In this document: one piece after another, positions 38,787 to 51,404 of the stretch
Position numbering within the stretch: position 1 is the stretch's first letter
How the letters are laid out: each line of letters opens with the position of its first letter
Assembly (NCBI GenBank): GCA_964016885.1
Contig: OZ024740.1
Location: forward strand, 50,468,001 to 50,532,000
DNA length: 64,000 bases
Direction of reading: 5' to 3'
Source: Eledone cirrhosa
Taxonomy: Eukaryota
Notes under the pieces: generated by a model
Database searches by the model: none
Told to the model about the DNA's origin: nothing
The model's input: only the letters and a program-made list of their open reading frames with translations
Made by a program: the position numbers and the translations under genes

Positions 38787-41700
38787 TCATCATCATCATC
38801 ATCAACGTTTAACGTCCGTGTTCCACGCTTGCATGGGTTTGGACGGGGGTAGTCCCACTTGAGGCAAGAGTGATTGTCTTGCTCGCATAGGACTGTCTGG
38901 CAGGTTTTCTACAGTTGGATGCCCTTCCTAACACCAACCACATTTACAGTGTGGGGCTGGGAGGTTTTTACCGTGTTGCCTACACGGCCACATTACAGCG
39001 TGGACTGTCTGGCGGGTTTTCTACAGCTGGATGCCCTTCCTAACACCAACCACATTTACAGTGTGGGGCTGGGAGGTTTTTACCGTGTTGCCTACACGGC
39101 CACATTACAGCGTGGACTGTGTGTTTTTTTGTCGTGACACCTACACGATCTCATTTGTTTCGGCCTGGATGGTGTGGCACCAACACAACTTTACATAGAA
39201 CGGGGTGGCGTGGATGGGTTGGGGGTGGTGGGACGGGGGGAGGGGGTATTTTGTTAGATGCCTACTGGTTGTAGTAGGTTTTACTATGCATTTAGGTAAG
39301 GCGGGTCTTCTGTATTACTGAGTACCGCCAAAGGTCTCGGTCCAGTGACATTGTCTTCGAGAAGTGTAAGTGTGTGAGGTCGGAGTTTATCAGCTCGTCC
39401 CAGGTTTTTCTAGGTCTACCTATTCCGTGGCTACCGTCTATCTTTATTGCACTGCACTTTGTTATACAGCTATCGACTTTCATGCGCATCACGTGTCCAT
39501 ACCAACGTAGCCTTCTCTCGAGTAAACAACATCTGATCCCTCTTATTTCTAATTTTTTCCTTAGTTCGTTTATGCTTTGCCGTTCACGTATATTACTGTT
39601 ACACATCCAGCGGAGCATGCAAGCTTCGTTCCTCTCTAGTCTGCGTATATCCTCTGCACACAATGCCCAGGTCTCACTGCCATGCAACATTGCTGTTCGT
39701 ATGCAGGCATCGTACAACCTGCCTTTCATTTTTAGGGAGAACCCTTTAGCAGCTAATAGTGGTATAAGCTCTCTGAACTTTTTCCAACCAGTTCTGACTC
39801 TAGCTACTGTACTTTCAGAGCACCCTCCCCCACTGCTGATTTTATCACCCAGGTAACGGAAACTGTCCACTATTTCTATAGAACCCTCTACGCAATTGAA
39901 AGAGCTAGTATTTTGTGGGCACTTGCTGCTACTTATTGCACCAGAGCACCGGCCACATGTAAAATCTATGTTCTTAGTTAGCTTACCTGTGATCCCACTA
40001 CATCTTTTATGCACCCATACTTTGCATTTAGGACATAAAATGGAGTTTCTACCTACGCCTTTCCTACACACCGAGCACGACCATTTCCCAGAAGGGACCG
40101 CCGCCTTATTTTCTTTCCTACAAACTAGAACTTTAGTTTTAGCCAGGTTAATTTTAAGGCCTTTTGATTCTAGGCCGTGCTTCCATGTTTGGAATTTCTT
40201 CTCTAGCTCGGCCATTGATTCCGCTATGAGTGTCAGGTCGTCTGCGTATAGGAGTTCCCATGGGCAGCCGGTCTTGAACTCCTCTGTTATAGCCTGAAGG
40301 GCAATAATAAATAGTAGGGGGCTGAGAACAGAGCCCTGATGGACGCCAACTTTTACGCTAAACTCTTCACTATATTCGTTGTTAATTCTAACCTTGCTGA
40401 CTGTTTCTTTATACATGGCTTGTATAGCTCTCACAAGCCATTCGTCAACGCCTAGTTTTCTAAGAGCCCACCAGATAATGGAGCGGGGGACTCTGTCGAA
40501 GGCTTTCTCCAAGTCGACAAAAGCTAAGTAGAGGGGTTTACCTTTAGCTAGGTACTTCTCCTGTAGTTGTCGTACAATGAAAAGAGCGTCTGTGGTACTT
40601 TTGCCTGACACAAACCCGAACTGCATTTCATCTAGGTCGATTCTCTCTCTGATTAGTTGTGCTATTACTTTTTCCGTGACATTCATGACCTGGTCGATTA
40701 ATTTAATGCCTCTATAGTTACTCCTATCTAGGGCATCTCCTTTACCCTTATAACAGTTAACGATGATGCTGCTATGCTAGTCCTTCGGAACAACCCCATT
40801 CTGTACGACTTGGTTAACTATGCGGGTGACCATGGTGTGTCCCACCGTGCCAGATGCCTTCAGCATCTCAGCAACTATTTCCGAAGGCCCAGCCGCCTTA
40901 CCCATCTTCATATCCTTGATTGCCTTACTTATTATACTCCCCTCGACTAACACTGCTGGTCCCTCTATTGGGTCGATATGGGGGAGACTGTCTTTCTCCC
41001 ATTTATTCTCCTCATTTAGTAGCCTTTCATAGTGACACTTCCAAGCTACCTTCTTATCAGCGTCGGTGATGGCAAGTGTGCCATCGTCGTTTAGTACACA
41101 CTTCTCCCCGACAATATCACGGTTTTCCTTGACGCATTGCCTAGCAATCCTGAACACCTCACGTTGTAGAACATGCTTGAACTTTCTTTCCTCAGCTTCC
41201 CTTCTTGCTAAGTACACTTGTCTCCTAGCTTCCCTCCTGGCCACTTGATAGTCTTCTCTACTTCCCCCATCCCGCCATACTTTCCAAGCCTGCTTTTTGG
41301 CCTTAATTGACCCCTCCACCTTACTGTTCCACCACCATGTTACTCTCCTCCTGCCTACAGGCCTGCTCCAGCCACAGACTTCGTTTGCCGCCATCAGCAG
41401 GTTTGCTTTCAGGAATTCCCACTGCTCCTCTATATTGTACGACTCTAATTGCTCTTCCTTACTGTCGAAAGCATCAAGTAGTATGCTTTTAAATTTATTT
41501 CTGGCTGTGGGGTCCTTTAGCTTCCATATTTTTCTCCTGAGGATAGTCCTCTTCTGTTGTCTAGTACGTCTCGTCCTGACTATGAGGTCGCTAATTATCA
41601 GTCTATGTTGGGAGGTGCATTCTTCATGGGGGAGGGATTTAGTGTTTACAACAGACACTCTGTCACGTCTTCTGGTAAGGATATAATCTACCTGGCTTGT

Positions 41701-42945
41701 GTGTTCCCCGGATCTATAGGTGATCAGGTGATTGTCACGTTTTTTTAAGTTAGTGTTACAGATAGTTAGGTTATTTGCATCACAGAATTCCAGGATTCTG
41801 GAGCCTTCCTCATTTCTAGTACCAAACCCATAGCCTCCATGGATTTCGTCGTAGCCGTCACAATGTTGTCCAACGTGACCATTTAGGTCGCCTGCAATAA
41901 TTATATAGTCACTGTCGGATATTTGGGAGGTAGTTAGCATCAGTGTCTCATAGAATCTGTCTTTTATAGTGCCGGGCAGTCCGGATTGGGGTGCGTACGC
42001 AGATATTACTGTCACCGTAGTTCTATTGAGGACAAGTCGTATTTTAATTATTCTGTTGTTTACTCTATTTACGTCTATTATCTTATCTGCCCACTTTTCT
42101 GCTACCATGATTCCTACTCCACCCAGCCCATCGTCGTTTCCCACCCAGAAAAGCTTATAACATCGTTTTTTACCCTCAATGAATCTAGCAGACCCACCCC
42201 TCCACCTGGTCTCTTGAATACAACAAACATCGACCTCCTTACGTTCAAGCATTTCTACAACCTCGTTAGCGCGACCCTTTAGGGTGCCTACATTTATGGT
42301 ACCAACTCTGAAGTTTTGGATTGCGTTTGGGGGTTGGGGGCGGTGGGGGGCGGGGGGCGATGGGGCTATGTTAGCCGTCCGCGGTCGAAACAATGAGGAG
42401 TGCTCGCATTCTCGTCCAAGAGGTGAATTTGTCTTTATCTTTGGCATTGTCGCTGAGCGTCCAGATTTTTCTCTCTCTCCTCCACTCTCCAGGATTCCGC
42501 AGTCCATCCATCCATCATATATCAAAAGGCAACCAGGCAAACGATAGTATAGGCCTCTGGCTTCTGATTGGTCCGCGTAATAATAATACTGGTGATGCGT
42601 GGGGGCTCTGGCTTATGATTGGTCCACGTAATAGCAATGGTGGTGTGTGGGGGTGGGAGGGAGGGGTGTTGGGTAGCTAGAAGGTAATGATTGAATGGGG
42701 TCCTTGCATTTAACAAGCGATTAACAAAATACAAAATTTGTTCTGTTCCAATACGACAAAAACTTTCGTATCTAACAATTAATGAATACAAAAAAATGTA
42801 GATTGTTTTAGCAATAGATTGGCTATTTGGACTTGATACGAAATATGGAGTGTGGAGGTAGAGATGAAGAAAAATATGTACATTACATTACATGAATATC
42901 GTGGGGTAGACAGCAAAGCAATGAAATTTGGCGAAGTGAATTTCT

Positions 42946-42950
<5 letters not shown>
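38787..42950 (-). mobile_element. Near full-length RTE-clade LINE (~4.2 kb)
   Basis: Single APE+RT frame, ~500-nt 3' UTR, (TGA)n tail at ~38790, and (TA)n on both sides. Confidence 0.95.
39292..42540 (-). pseudogene. RTE ORF: AP endonuclease, reverse transcriptase and PHD-like Zn finger; one in-frame TAG at 40777-40779
   Basis: APE motifs TINVGTL, IQETRW, SAYAPQ, GDLNGH, VDYIL, SQHRL. RT motifs QFGF, FVDLEKAFD, GVHQGSVLSPLLF, YADD, YLG. The two track ORFs are in the same frame: PKD*HSSIIVNCYKGKGD. Confidence 0.95.
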
Positions 42951-42980
<30 letters not shown>

Positions 42981-42984
<4 letters not shown>

Positions 42985-43378
42985 GTTTCTACTTTAGGCA
43001 CAAGGCCAGCAATTACCCAGTACATTACTGGTACTTTATTTTATCGACCCCGTAAGGATGAAAGGTAAAGTTAACCTCGGCGGGATTTGAACTCAGACCG
43101 TAAAGGGACGTAACTGTGCTAGAAATCATGGCGTCCAACCCTCTACCGATACTGCCAATTTACCGCCCCTTATATATATATATAATGATGTCACAACAAA
43201 AAGCACCCGATACACATTGTTAATGTAGTTGGCATTAGGAAGGGCATCCAGCTGTAGAAACCAAGCCAACATCAGTTCTGTATGAGCAAGACACGGTCAT
43301 CTGATCTGATTTGCCTCACAATGAGACAACTTGTCTAACCCATGCTAGCGTGGAAAAATGGACATATGATGATGATGA
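42981..43378. mobile_element. Nin/Deu-like SINE (-, 42981-43170) + (TA)n + RTE-tail element (+, 43185-43378)
   Basis: Matches the families described above. Confidence 0.85.
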
Positions 43379-44245
43379 TATATACACACACATACATAAG
43401 GGGGGGGGATCATGTGACATGCTTTTTAAAAGATACTATGGTAAGATTTGACAGCAATTTGTCTGCTGTTTCAAGCAAGTCAAATGACCAGTAAAAACTC
43501 CTTTGTTGGCTTGAGATTGGTACAGTTGTCAGGTCAGCTGAGATAGAGTAGGTCTATGATTTAAGACATCTCAGCCATGGTCATACATCCTATTTTGTTT
43601 TAAAATATATTGTATTTAGGACATCATTCAATATATCCTTTTTTCCCAATATGGTAGGGCATGTAATCTAAAAATTGATTTGGCTGCTATTTCTAGCAAG
43701 TCAGGCGACCATATAGAGGCTCCCTCCTTGCTTCAGTTAAATAGGTTGATGGAATAGCAGCAACAATACTTTGTGGTATTTCATATTTGGTTATGTCCTT
43801 CTATAGTCTGGGGTTTTAATGCTGTCAGGGAGAGGATGGAGTGTATGTGAACTCTGTTTCATTCCTGTCAACAATAAACTTAGTGCCAGTTATACTAAGT
43901 TGAAGGGATACAATTGACTACACCCTTCTTCAATTTTGTGGATTTGTGCCAATGAAAAAACTGAATGTGGAGCTGGAAAACTTGTTAGTGTATTGCATGT
44001 GTATGTGGTGAGGATGAGAGACAGATATGTAGATAGATGGGTAGATAGGTAGACACATGAGTAGAGAGAGAGAGAGGGGGAGGGGAGATAGAAAAAATAA
44101 GGAGTGGTGAAAAACAAAAAGGAAAAGATGCAATATATAGGTCCATATGAAATTGTATGTGATGAGTATAAGTGAAGGGTTAGGAGACAATACACAAGAT
44201 GGGAAGAGACTAGTGCCTGTTATAACAGATGCAGTCAAAGAATAA

Positions 44246-44436
44246 TAATTGTTTCTACTTTTGGCACAAGGCCAGCAATTATCCCAGTGTATTACTGGTA
44301 CTTTATTTTATCGACCTCATAAGGATGAAAGGCAAAGTTAACCTTGGTGGGATTTGAACTCAGACCGTAAAGGGGTGTAACTATGCTACAAAGCATGGCG
44401 TCCGACCCTTTACCAATACTGCCAATCCACCGCCCT
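44246..44436 (-). mobile_element. Nin/Deu-like tRNA SINE, full length
   Basis: A box, B box, core and tail all present. Confidence 0.85.
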
Positions 44437-44472
44437 AAAGAATAATTAATAATAGCTAGAAAAAAACAGAAG

Positions 44473-44674
44473 TTAACTTTTTTGATACCAAACTCCCTGA
44501 AACTACTACTAGTTCTATGATACAAAGTTTTGTAAAGTTATATTCCAAACACCAACTTAAAAATGTGAAAATTAGTTGTGTTACTAAATCCCTCTAAATT
44601 CTTGTTTATTTTTAAAATGATTTAAAAACCATAAGCAGTAAATTTCATTAGAAATATGGCAACAAAAAGGTTAA
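44473..44674 (+). mobile_element. TTAA-flanked MITE family B
   Basis: TTAA|CTTTTTTGATACC...GGCAACAAAAAGG|TTAA; related starts at ~8270 and ~18946. Confidence 0.6.
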
Positions 44675-44781
44675 ACTACTCTTAAGCATCAACTCTCCTG
44701 TGATTATAGCAGATTTGGGGCATCATTTACATTAAATCATTATCATCTTCGTTTAACGTCCATCTTCCACGCTAGCATGGA

Positions 44782-45340
44782 ATAATGAAAATTATTGTGT
44801 ACAGTGCTCAGGTGCACTACAAATCATCAAAGGTGCATATATAGTACATAGAATAATGTACAAATGTCAGAAAAGTGAACAGTGTACGAGTCATGATATA
44901 CACAGATACAGCATGTATATGGAGGGGGAATATCAGGTGTAGTGTTGGCCAATAATGGGAAGCGTGGAAGTTTTGAAGGATGCAATGTCCTGAATGCTAA
45001 CAACTGATGTAGGTAGGTTTGAAATTGAGCGTGAAAAAATGTTTCCAAAAGTCATGGAAGCTGTGCTGCTTTCTGATTTTGTAAGCATGCACTATAATCT
45101 GGTGAAACAAATGATTTTGAGTTTGTCTGAGAAAAATAAAAAGTGGACTAAAAAGACAGAATAAGAACAAGCTAGAGTGATTTGTTTCTATTGAAATTTG
45201 AGGTAAAGCAGAGCAGATGGTAAAAGTGTTGTTGTTGGCAACAAAAGGCGATGAAAAGAGGATGGGTTGAATGGTTGAATTTGGAAATATATTTATTTGG
45301 CAAGGGACCAAAATACATGGGTGCTGTCAGGGAAAAGAAG
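44782..45340 (-). mobile_element. Decayed retroelement 3' fragment (class uncertain)
   Basis: The end aataatgaaaattattgtgtacagtgctcaggtgcactac is shared with 19112-19210. ORF remnant 44997..45311; purine strand skew. Confidence 0.5.
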
Positions 45341-46242
45341 AACAATTTTGGTTATGCACTTTGCGTTCTTAAATATTCAGTAATTTGGATGGGTTAGTGT
45401 GAAACAATTTTCAGGGTTTTTTTAAATCATCTTCACAATGACAGCATATTTTGACCCACACTATATTATTGGCACACATATTTATAAACCCATATACATC
45501 ATTAATACTAAGAGAAATTTAACTCTGAACAGTAAATAAGCAATAATTTAGATACAGTAAAGCATTTAACTTTGTTCTCAACTTTTTATTGCTAAATCTA
45601 CAACCATGTTATGGTCTACAATATATAAAGAACTAATATATGTTTGCTGAATTATTTCATACTTATTGATAAGTGAAAACAGATGTAGCAGCCAAATATT
45701 AAAGAAGCAATATTAAATAAAGGAAATATATAAAATGTACCATAAAATATTAACATTTTTTCTGTTGAGCCTCAAATTGTAAATGAAAATTTATTAACTT
45801 CTCTCAAGTTTCAATCTATGGAAAAATGTCACAGTGCTTTATAAAATGATTCTTTAAAAAAAAAGCTATACTACTTTCAAAAATGAGTTTTCTATAAAGT
45901 TGATACACACATTAATGCAATTTTAATACACCTGCAATTAATTTTGTTTATAGTTAAAACAGCACAATACATAAAAAAATATTCACCATTACCTCGTTGC
46001 TCTCATTATACACTCAATGAAACAAGGTTTAACTGTATTAAATGTGCAAATCTGTACTCAGAATGCTTACCAAGAGTTAATTGTAATGAGGGTAATTGCA
46101 CGAAATTAAATTCCCAATACAGGTTTGTATTAGCAAACAAAGGAAATGCAAGTGGAGTTGTTACATAAAAGATTCTGCTAGAAATTATTTTCATGTAAAA
46201 TACAATTACATAATTCTAACCTCCTTCATTCATGATGATGAT

Positions 46243-46620
46243 CATAATCATTTAACGTCCATTTTCCACGCTAGCACGGGAAGGATGGGCTGTCTCTTTG
46301 TGAGAAATCAGGTTGGAGGACCGTGTTTCGTCCAAATAGGGCTGATTTTAGCTTGGTTTCTACGGCTGGGTGCCTTTCCTAACAACAACCACATTTACAG
46401 TGTGTGCTGGGTACTTTTTGTCATGACAGCTACACAACCACTTTGCAGTGTGGACTGGGCACTTTTTGTTGTGTCACCTACATGACCACTTTACAGTGTG
46501 GGTTGGGTACTTTTTGTCACATCTACACAATCACTTTACAGTGTGGACTGGGTGCTTTTGTCTTGACACATACATGACCACTGGGCACTTTTGTCGTGGC
46601 TCCAGAGGGACTACTTCATG
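46243..46620 (-). mobile_element. RTE-tail element with internal ~44-bp tandem repeats
   Basis: Repeated accactttacagtgtggactgggtgc...gtcatgacacctac units; similar at 58200-58502. Confidence 0.75.
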
Positions 46621-49009
46621 GTGTGGGATGGGAACTTGGGAGGGTGGGGAAGAAGCTTGGGGAAATTGAGGATGTTATAATAATAGTTTCTAATTTAAGC
46701 ATAAGGCCAGCAATTTGAAAGGCAGAGGTAAGTCTATTAAATTGACCACAGTACATTACTGGTATTTTATTGACCCTGTAAGGATGAAAGGCAAAGCTAA
46801 CCTCGGCATGATTTAATTCAGGATGTAAAGGGCCATAACTATATCTACTGGTACTACCAATCCATTCATAATTATAACTGTTTTTTTTTAGTTTAAGCAC
46901 AAGCCTAGTAATTTCTTTTTGGTATGGGGAAAGTCGATTATATCAACTGCCACCTCAGTACTTTTATGGTACTTTATTTGATTTGAATTCTGTGTAGTAA
47001 TAAAACAGAATCTGATGAAAATAGTGAGGTTCTGTGTCAGTAAAATGTAATACAAATAATTCCAAGTGTGGAATATATTTTATGTCATAAGGAAGTATGC
47101 TTTTCCTTTAAAGGAAGACAAATTTAAAGGTCTTACCATTAGTTTACAAAATCACAAACAAGAACAAAATGAGCTGGCAATCTAGTACAATCACTAACTT
47201 GACAAGTTAACCTCTACAATATATCTAATTAATCCAAGTGCTTCATTTATTTATTTATTTATTTTTTTTTTAAATCAAAGGTTTATAAACAATATTTCAG
47301 ATTTCACAGCTATCCACAATTTATTTCAATGTCTTTGTCTATAAAGGCCGAATTACAGAGATCTCTGATCTGTATAACTTTCTAGAACTGCCTCCTCTGG
47401 AAAGAGGGACATATATATAACAATAACATAGTCAACTTTTGTTTATGTTCAACAAGGAGTTTAAAAGAAGATTAGAAGATTTTACTTTATTTTAATTTTT
47501 TTTTTAATGTATAAATTTAACAAATATCCAACCTAACTTTAAGCTTAAATATATTTTTGTTTCTACTCTTCCTTTCACATAGTAGTAGTAGAAGTGATGG
47601 TGATAACTTATTATTATTATAAACTTTATAGTAATGACTAAGGAGTATAACATCTGAAATGACCTTATGAAATATTTTACTAATGAATTTATTTAACATT
47701 CATTCCTTTTGAATCATTGGAATAGTATTCCAACATCTTAATACGAGGGTAGAAGGGTGGCATGTGTATATGTACGTAATGTGTATTAATGCAAATCTAT
47801 CTCTTGATGCCATCACTCTTCAACTATCATAACACTCCACCTAAAACAAAAATAAAAACTGTCTTTTAAAAATGAAGAGAATTTGATGTTTAATATACCA
47901 GATGCTAATAGCTTATCCATATTAGAAAGAAATCATTCACTTTTACCACTCAACTATTCGGTTATTTTCTGATTATTTTTTTAATGATTTCACTCTAATA
48001 AATGTCTGAGTTTTGTATTAAAATAAAAAGATAGAAAAAGATTAGATCTTTCTAGACATACTAAAATCTGGCAATAACAACAGTTAGACCATGCTTTGCT
48101 GATGAGATCTAATAAGATAAATTTGTTTATAGTTGTCACCATATTGCCAAAAATCAGATTCACTTTCTACAGCAATGTTTTTAATTAATTGGAATTCTGG
48201 GGTTGTCTCCTCTTTTTTCCTTAACCAGAATTATTTATTAGGATACTTTTTTTTCTTATTCCTCTCATCAGTATGTGGATTATATTAATTAATCAAAATT
48301 TCTTGGTTTACTTAATTAATTATGTTAATGTCCACTTTATTCTTTCTGGTTAAAATGGTGAATTGAAAAAGTTGTTAGAATGTCAGATTAAACACACAGT
48401 AGTACTTGTTTTGGCTATTTGTTCAAATCATGCTGAAGCAAACTAAGCCTATCTGCCTTTCAAGGTTGATAAATAAAGTACCAGTTCAATAATGGGGCTG
48501 ATTCTTTCTCTATACTCTCTCTGGAAGAAATCAGCAGTGTTCCAACCTGTTGAGGGATGGATTCCACCAGGTTTAAATGTGTAAGATGGCACTTCTACAA
48601 CACAATCATGAGTTAAGGTCACATTACATAAATGTCTTCTGAATTCAAATTCTGCCAGTATTAACTGTGGTATTCAGTCATCTGGGGTCAGTCAATAAGA
48701 TAAGTTGGAGTAATATACTGGAAGTATATTCAATCAATTGTATTTTTCTTTATATGTCTCAAATCAAATCTGATCATTATGAGGGATCCTTTAGTTAAGG
48801 GGTGACTTTAAGGTGCTATCTATGGTCCATCCCACTTACTTGAGGTGCCAACAGCACCTGACTTATCATCATCATCATCGTTTTATGTCCTTTTTTCCAT
48901 GTTAGCATGGGTTAGACGAGTTGTCCTGTTGTGGGCAATGCTAAGTCAGGCAACCATGTCTTGCTCTTACAGAACTGATTTTGGCTTGGTTTCTACAGCT
49001 GGATGCCTT

Positions 49010-49310
49010 TCCACACATAATCCTGGACAATTTACTTCCTTGTCTGCCAGCCTTTTGCCAAACATTTAGGATTGATAATTGTTTCCTTTAGTTTCTCTGT
49101 ATTTTTTCGGATAATTTTCAGACATTTTTTCCTCGAGCTGCTCTTGAGAGGATTTCCTGCTTTGACCCTTCTTTGGTGATGATGGCACCTAGATATTTGG
49201 AATGGTCAACCATCTCAAGCACCTGACCTTTAACAGTAATTCTGGTGTCAATCCTGCCATAGCTGTTTGTCATGATTTTTGTCTTATCAGCACTGATTTC
49301 CATTCCTTAT
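49010..49310 (-). mobile_element. RTE-like RT fragment
   Basis: MEISADKTKIM...LEMVDHSKYLGAIITKEGSKQEILSR. Confidence 0.75.
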
Positions 49311-51191
49311 CCGGTGGCAGATTTGTCGTGGTGGGGAATAATTTGTATAGCAGCCATAAAAGGCCATGCCAGTCCAAACACTTTTTGATTACTCTAAGAA
49401 TAATTGTCTGGGAAATGTAAGTTCATTAAATATGATACTTTGAGGATTTGACAAAAACTTATAGTGAATTGTCAATGTAAAAATAATGTAGATGTTTCCG
49501 AAATATGACCACTCACTAATATTTGATTCTGATTTAGGCAGGAGAAAGTTGATTAAATTGACCCCAGTGCATTACTGGTACTTTATTTTATCGACCACAT
49601 AAGGATGAAAGGCAAAACTAACTTTGGCAGGATTTGAACTCAGATTATAAAGGGATGTAAAGCTATTCCATAAAGCATGTTGTCCAATGCTCTACCAATA
49701 CTGCTAATTCACTGCCCTTGACCACCCACTAATATTAGGTGTTTAAGAGTCACATTTTAGGTTAGGAATTATGATGCTCAGCAGACAAGAGATAACTCTA
49801 TTACTGGTTAGAATGTTAATCTATTTTGAGTAAAAGTAATATTTCAAGACAATATGGCATCTGTTATTGACACCTCAGTGAGGCATGTAGAATAAGGAAG
49901 ATGTAGTTCTCAAATACACAAACATCTGCAATTGACCTGAGCCCATGACTCTGGATAGGCTAATTCAACACCATATTTACACAAGCTAATATTATTTTCT
50001 AATATTATTCTAAAATAAAGCGGTGGATTGGCAGTATCGGTAGAGGGTCAGACACCATGCTTTCCAGCATAGTTACATCCCTTTCATCCTTACGGGGGTC
50101 GATAAAATAAAGTACCGGTAATGCACTGGGTAATTGCTGGCCTTGTGCCTAAAGTAGAAACAATTATTCTAAATAAAGCAGTAAATTGGTAGAATATTTG
50201 GAATGTCAGATAGTATGCATTGGGGGATTTGTTCTAGCTCTCTGTATTGAGTTCAAATCCCACCGAGATCAACTTTGCCGTTCATCCTTCTGAAGTTGAT
50301 ACCCCCCCCCCCCCAAAAAAAAACCAAGTCAAGTTACTGCAACAAATTCTTTCTCTATATCTCTTTCTCACTTCCTTTCTTTCCTTCTCTTGAAGAAATT
50401 GGCTGTATTCAGACCTGGAAAGGGCTCAACCAGGTTTAAAATGCCCAAGACACACCATATGTCAAGATGGTGCCCCTACAAATACATCAGGAGTTACAGG
50501 ATCATTTATACAACCATTCTAAAATAACACAAAACGCACCCCCCCAAATATATATATATATATATTCATTTGTAATTTCTTGACATTTATAAGTGTCTAG
50601 CAAACACATTTAGTACAGCCTGTCTATATCCCCCACTGTTGTTATTTTTACCATTACTATGTACCACTACTAACATCACCATCACTACCAACACAAGCAA
50701 AAAAGAAAATAATACTAAAATAAAGAAAATAATGACCTTGTAATTAGACATTAGTCTGAGTTCATTTTTTTTATAAAAACTATAAAAAAAAAACCCTTCA
50801 ATCTCATTATCACACCTGTTTCAAGTATGATAATGGAATTTCCTAGTTTTGCCTTTATTTTTTATTTTAAAGAAGAAAAAAGTCACGGAATTCTCCTAAT
50901 ATTAGTTGAAAGACTCTGATAAAGGTTCTATAATAAATCAACAAACAATTTCAAAGGGAAATGGACCCTGTGTCAATCTGGAATAATCTTTGATGTAAAA
51001 GAGAAAAACAACAAAAAAGCTACCGACATTTGAAGGAAATACTATAATACTTTTAGAGTAGATAAATTACAAAGGACCACTCTGTGTATATGTGTATGTA
51101 TTTGTGTGAGTGTTTGTGGGTGCACGAGTTTGAGAACAAAGGCATGCAACTGTGTATACATGAATTTATGAATGTAGGCATGGTAAATACA

Positions 51192-51404
51192 GTAGCCCTT
51201 TAGCATTTACATTACTCTATATTTACTATTGTTTTCAAGGAAAAGGCTTTATCTCACATAATATCAAAGCTACGAGGTTTTGATATTATTTATTTTGAGA
51301 ACAATACCTTAACATAGGTATGAGTGGCCAGTTACAACTGGTTAGAACAAAAGAGGTGAGAGTATTCTGGCCGGATACAGCCAGTTTAAATACTAAAGGG
51401 TTAA
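51192..51404 (+). mobile_element. piggyBac-type MITE family A
   Basis: CCCTTTAGCATTTA...TAAATACTAAAGGG|TTAA. Confidence 0.85.

Noticed and set aside
39374-42680. Multiple plus-strand ORFs of 60-160 aa
   Set aside because: Antisense shadows of the RTE ORF.
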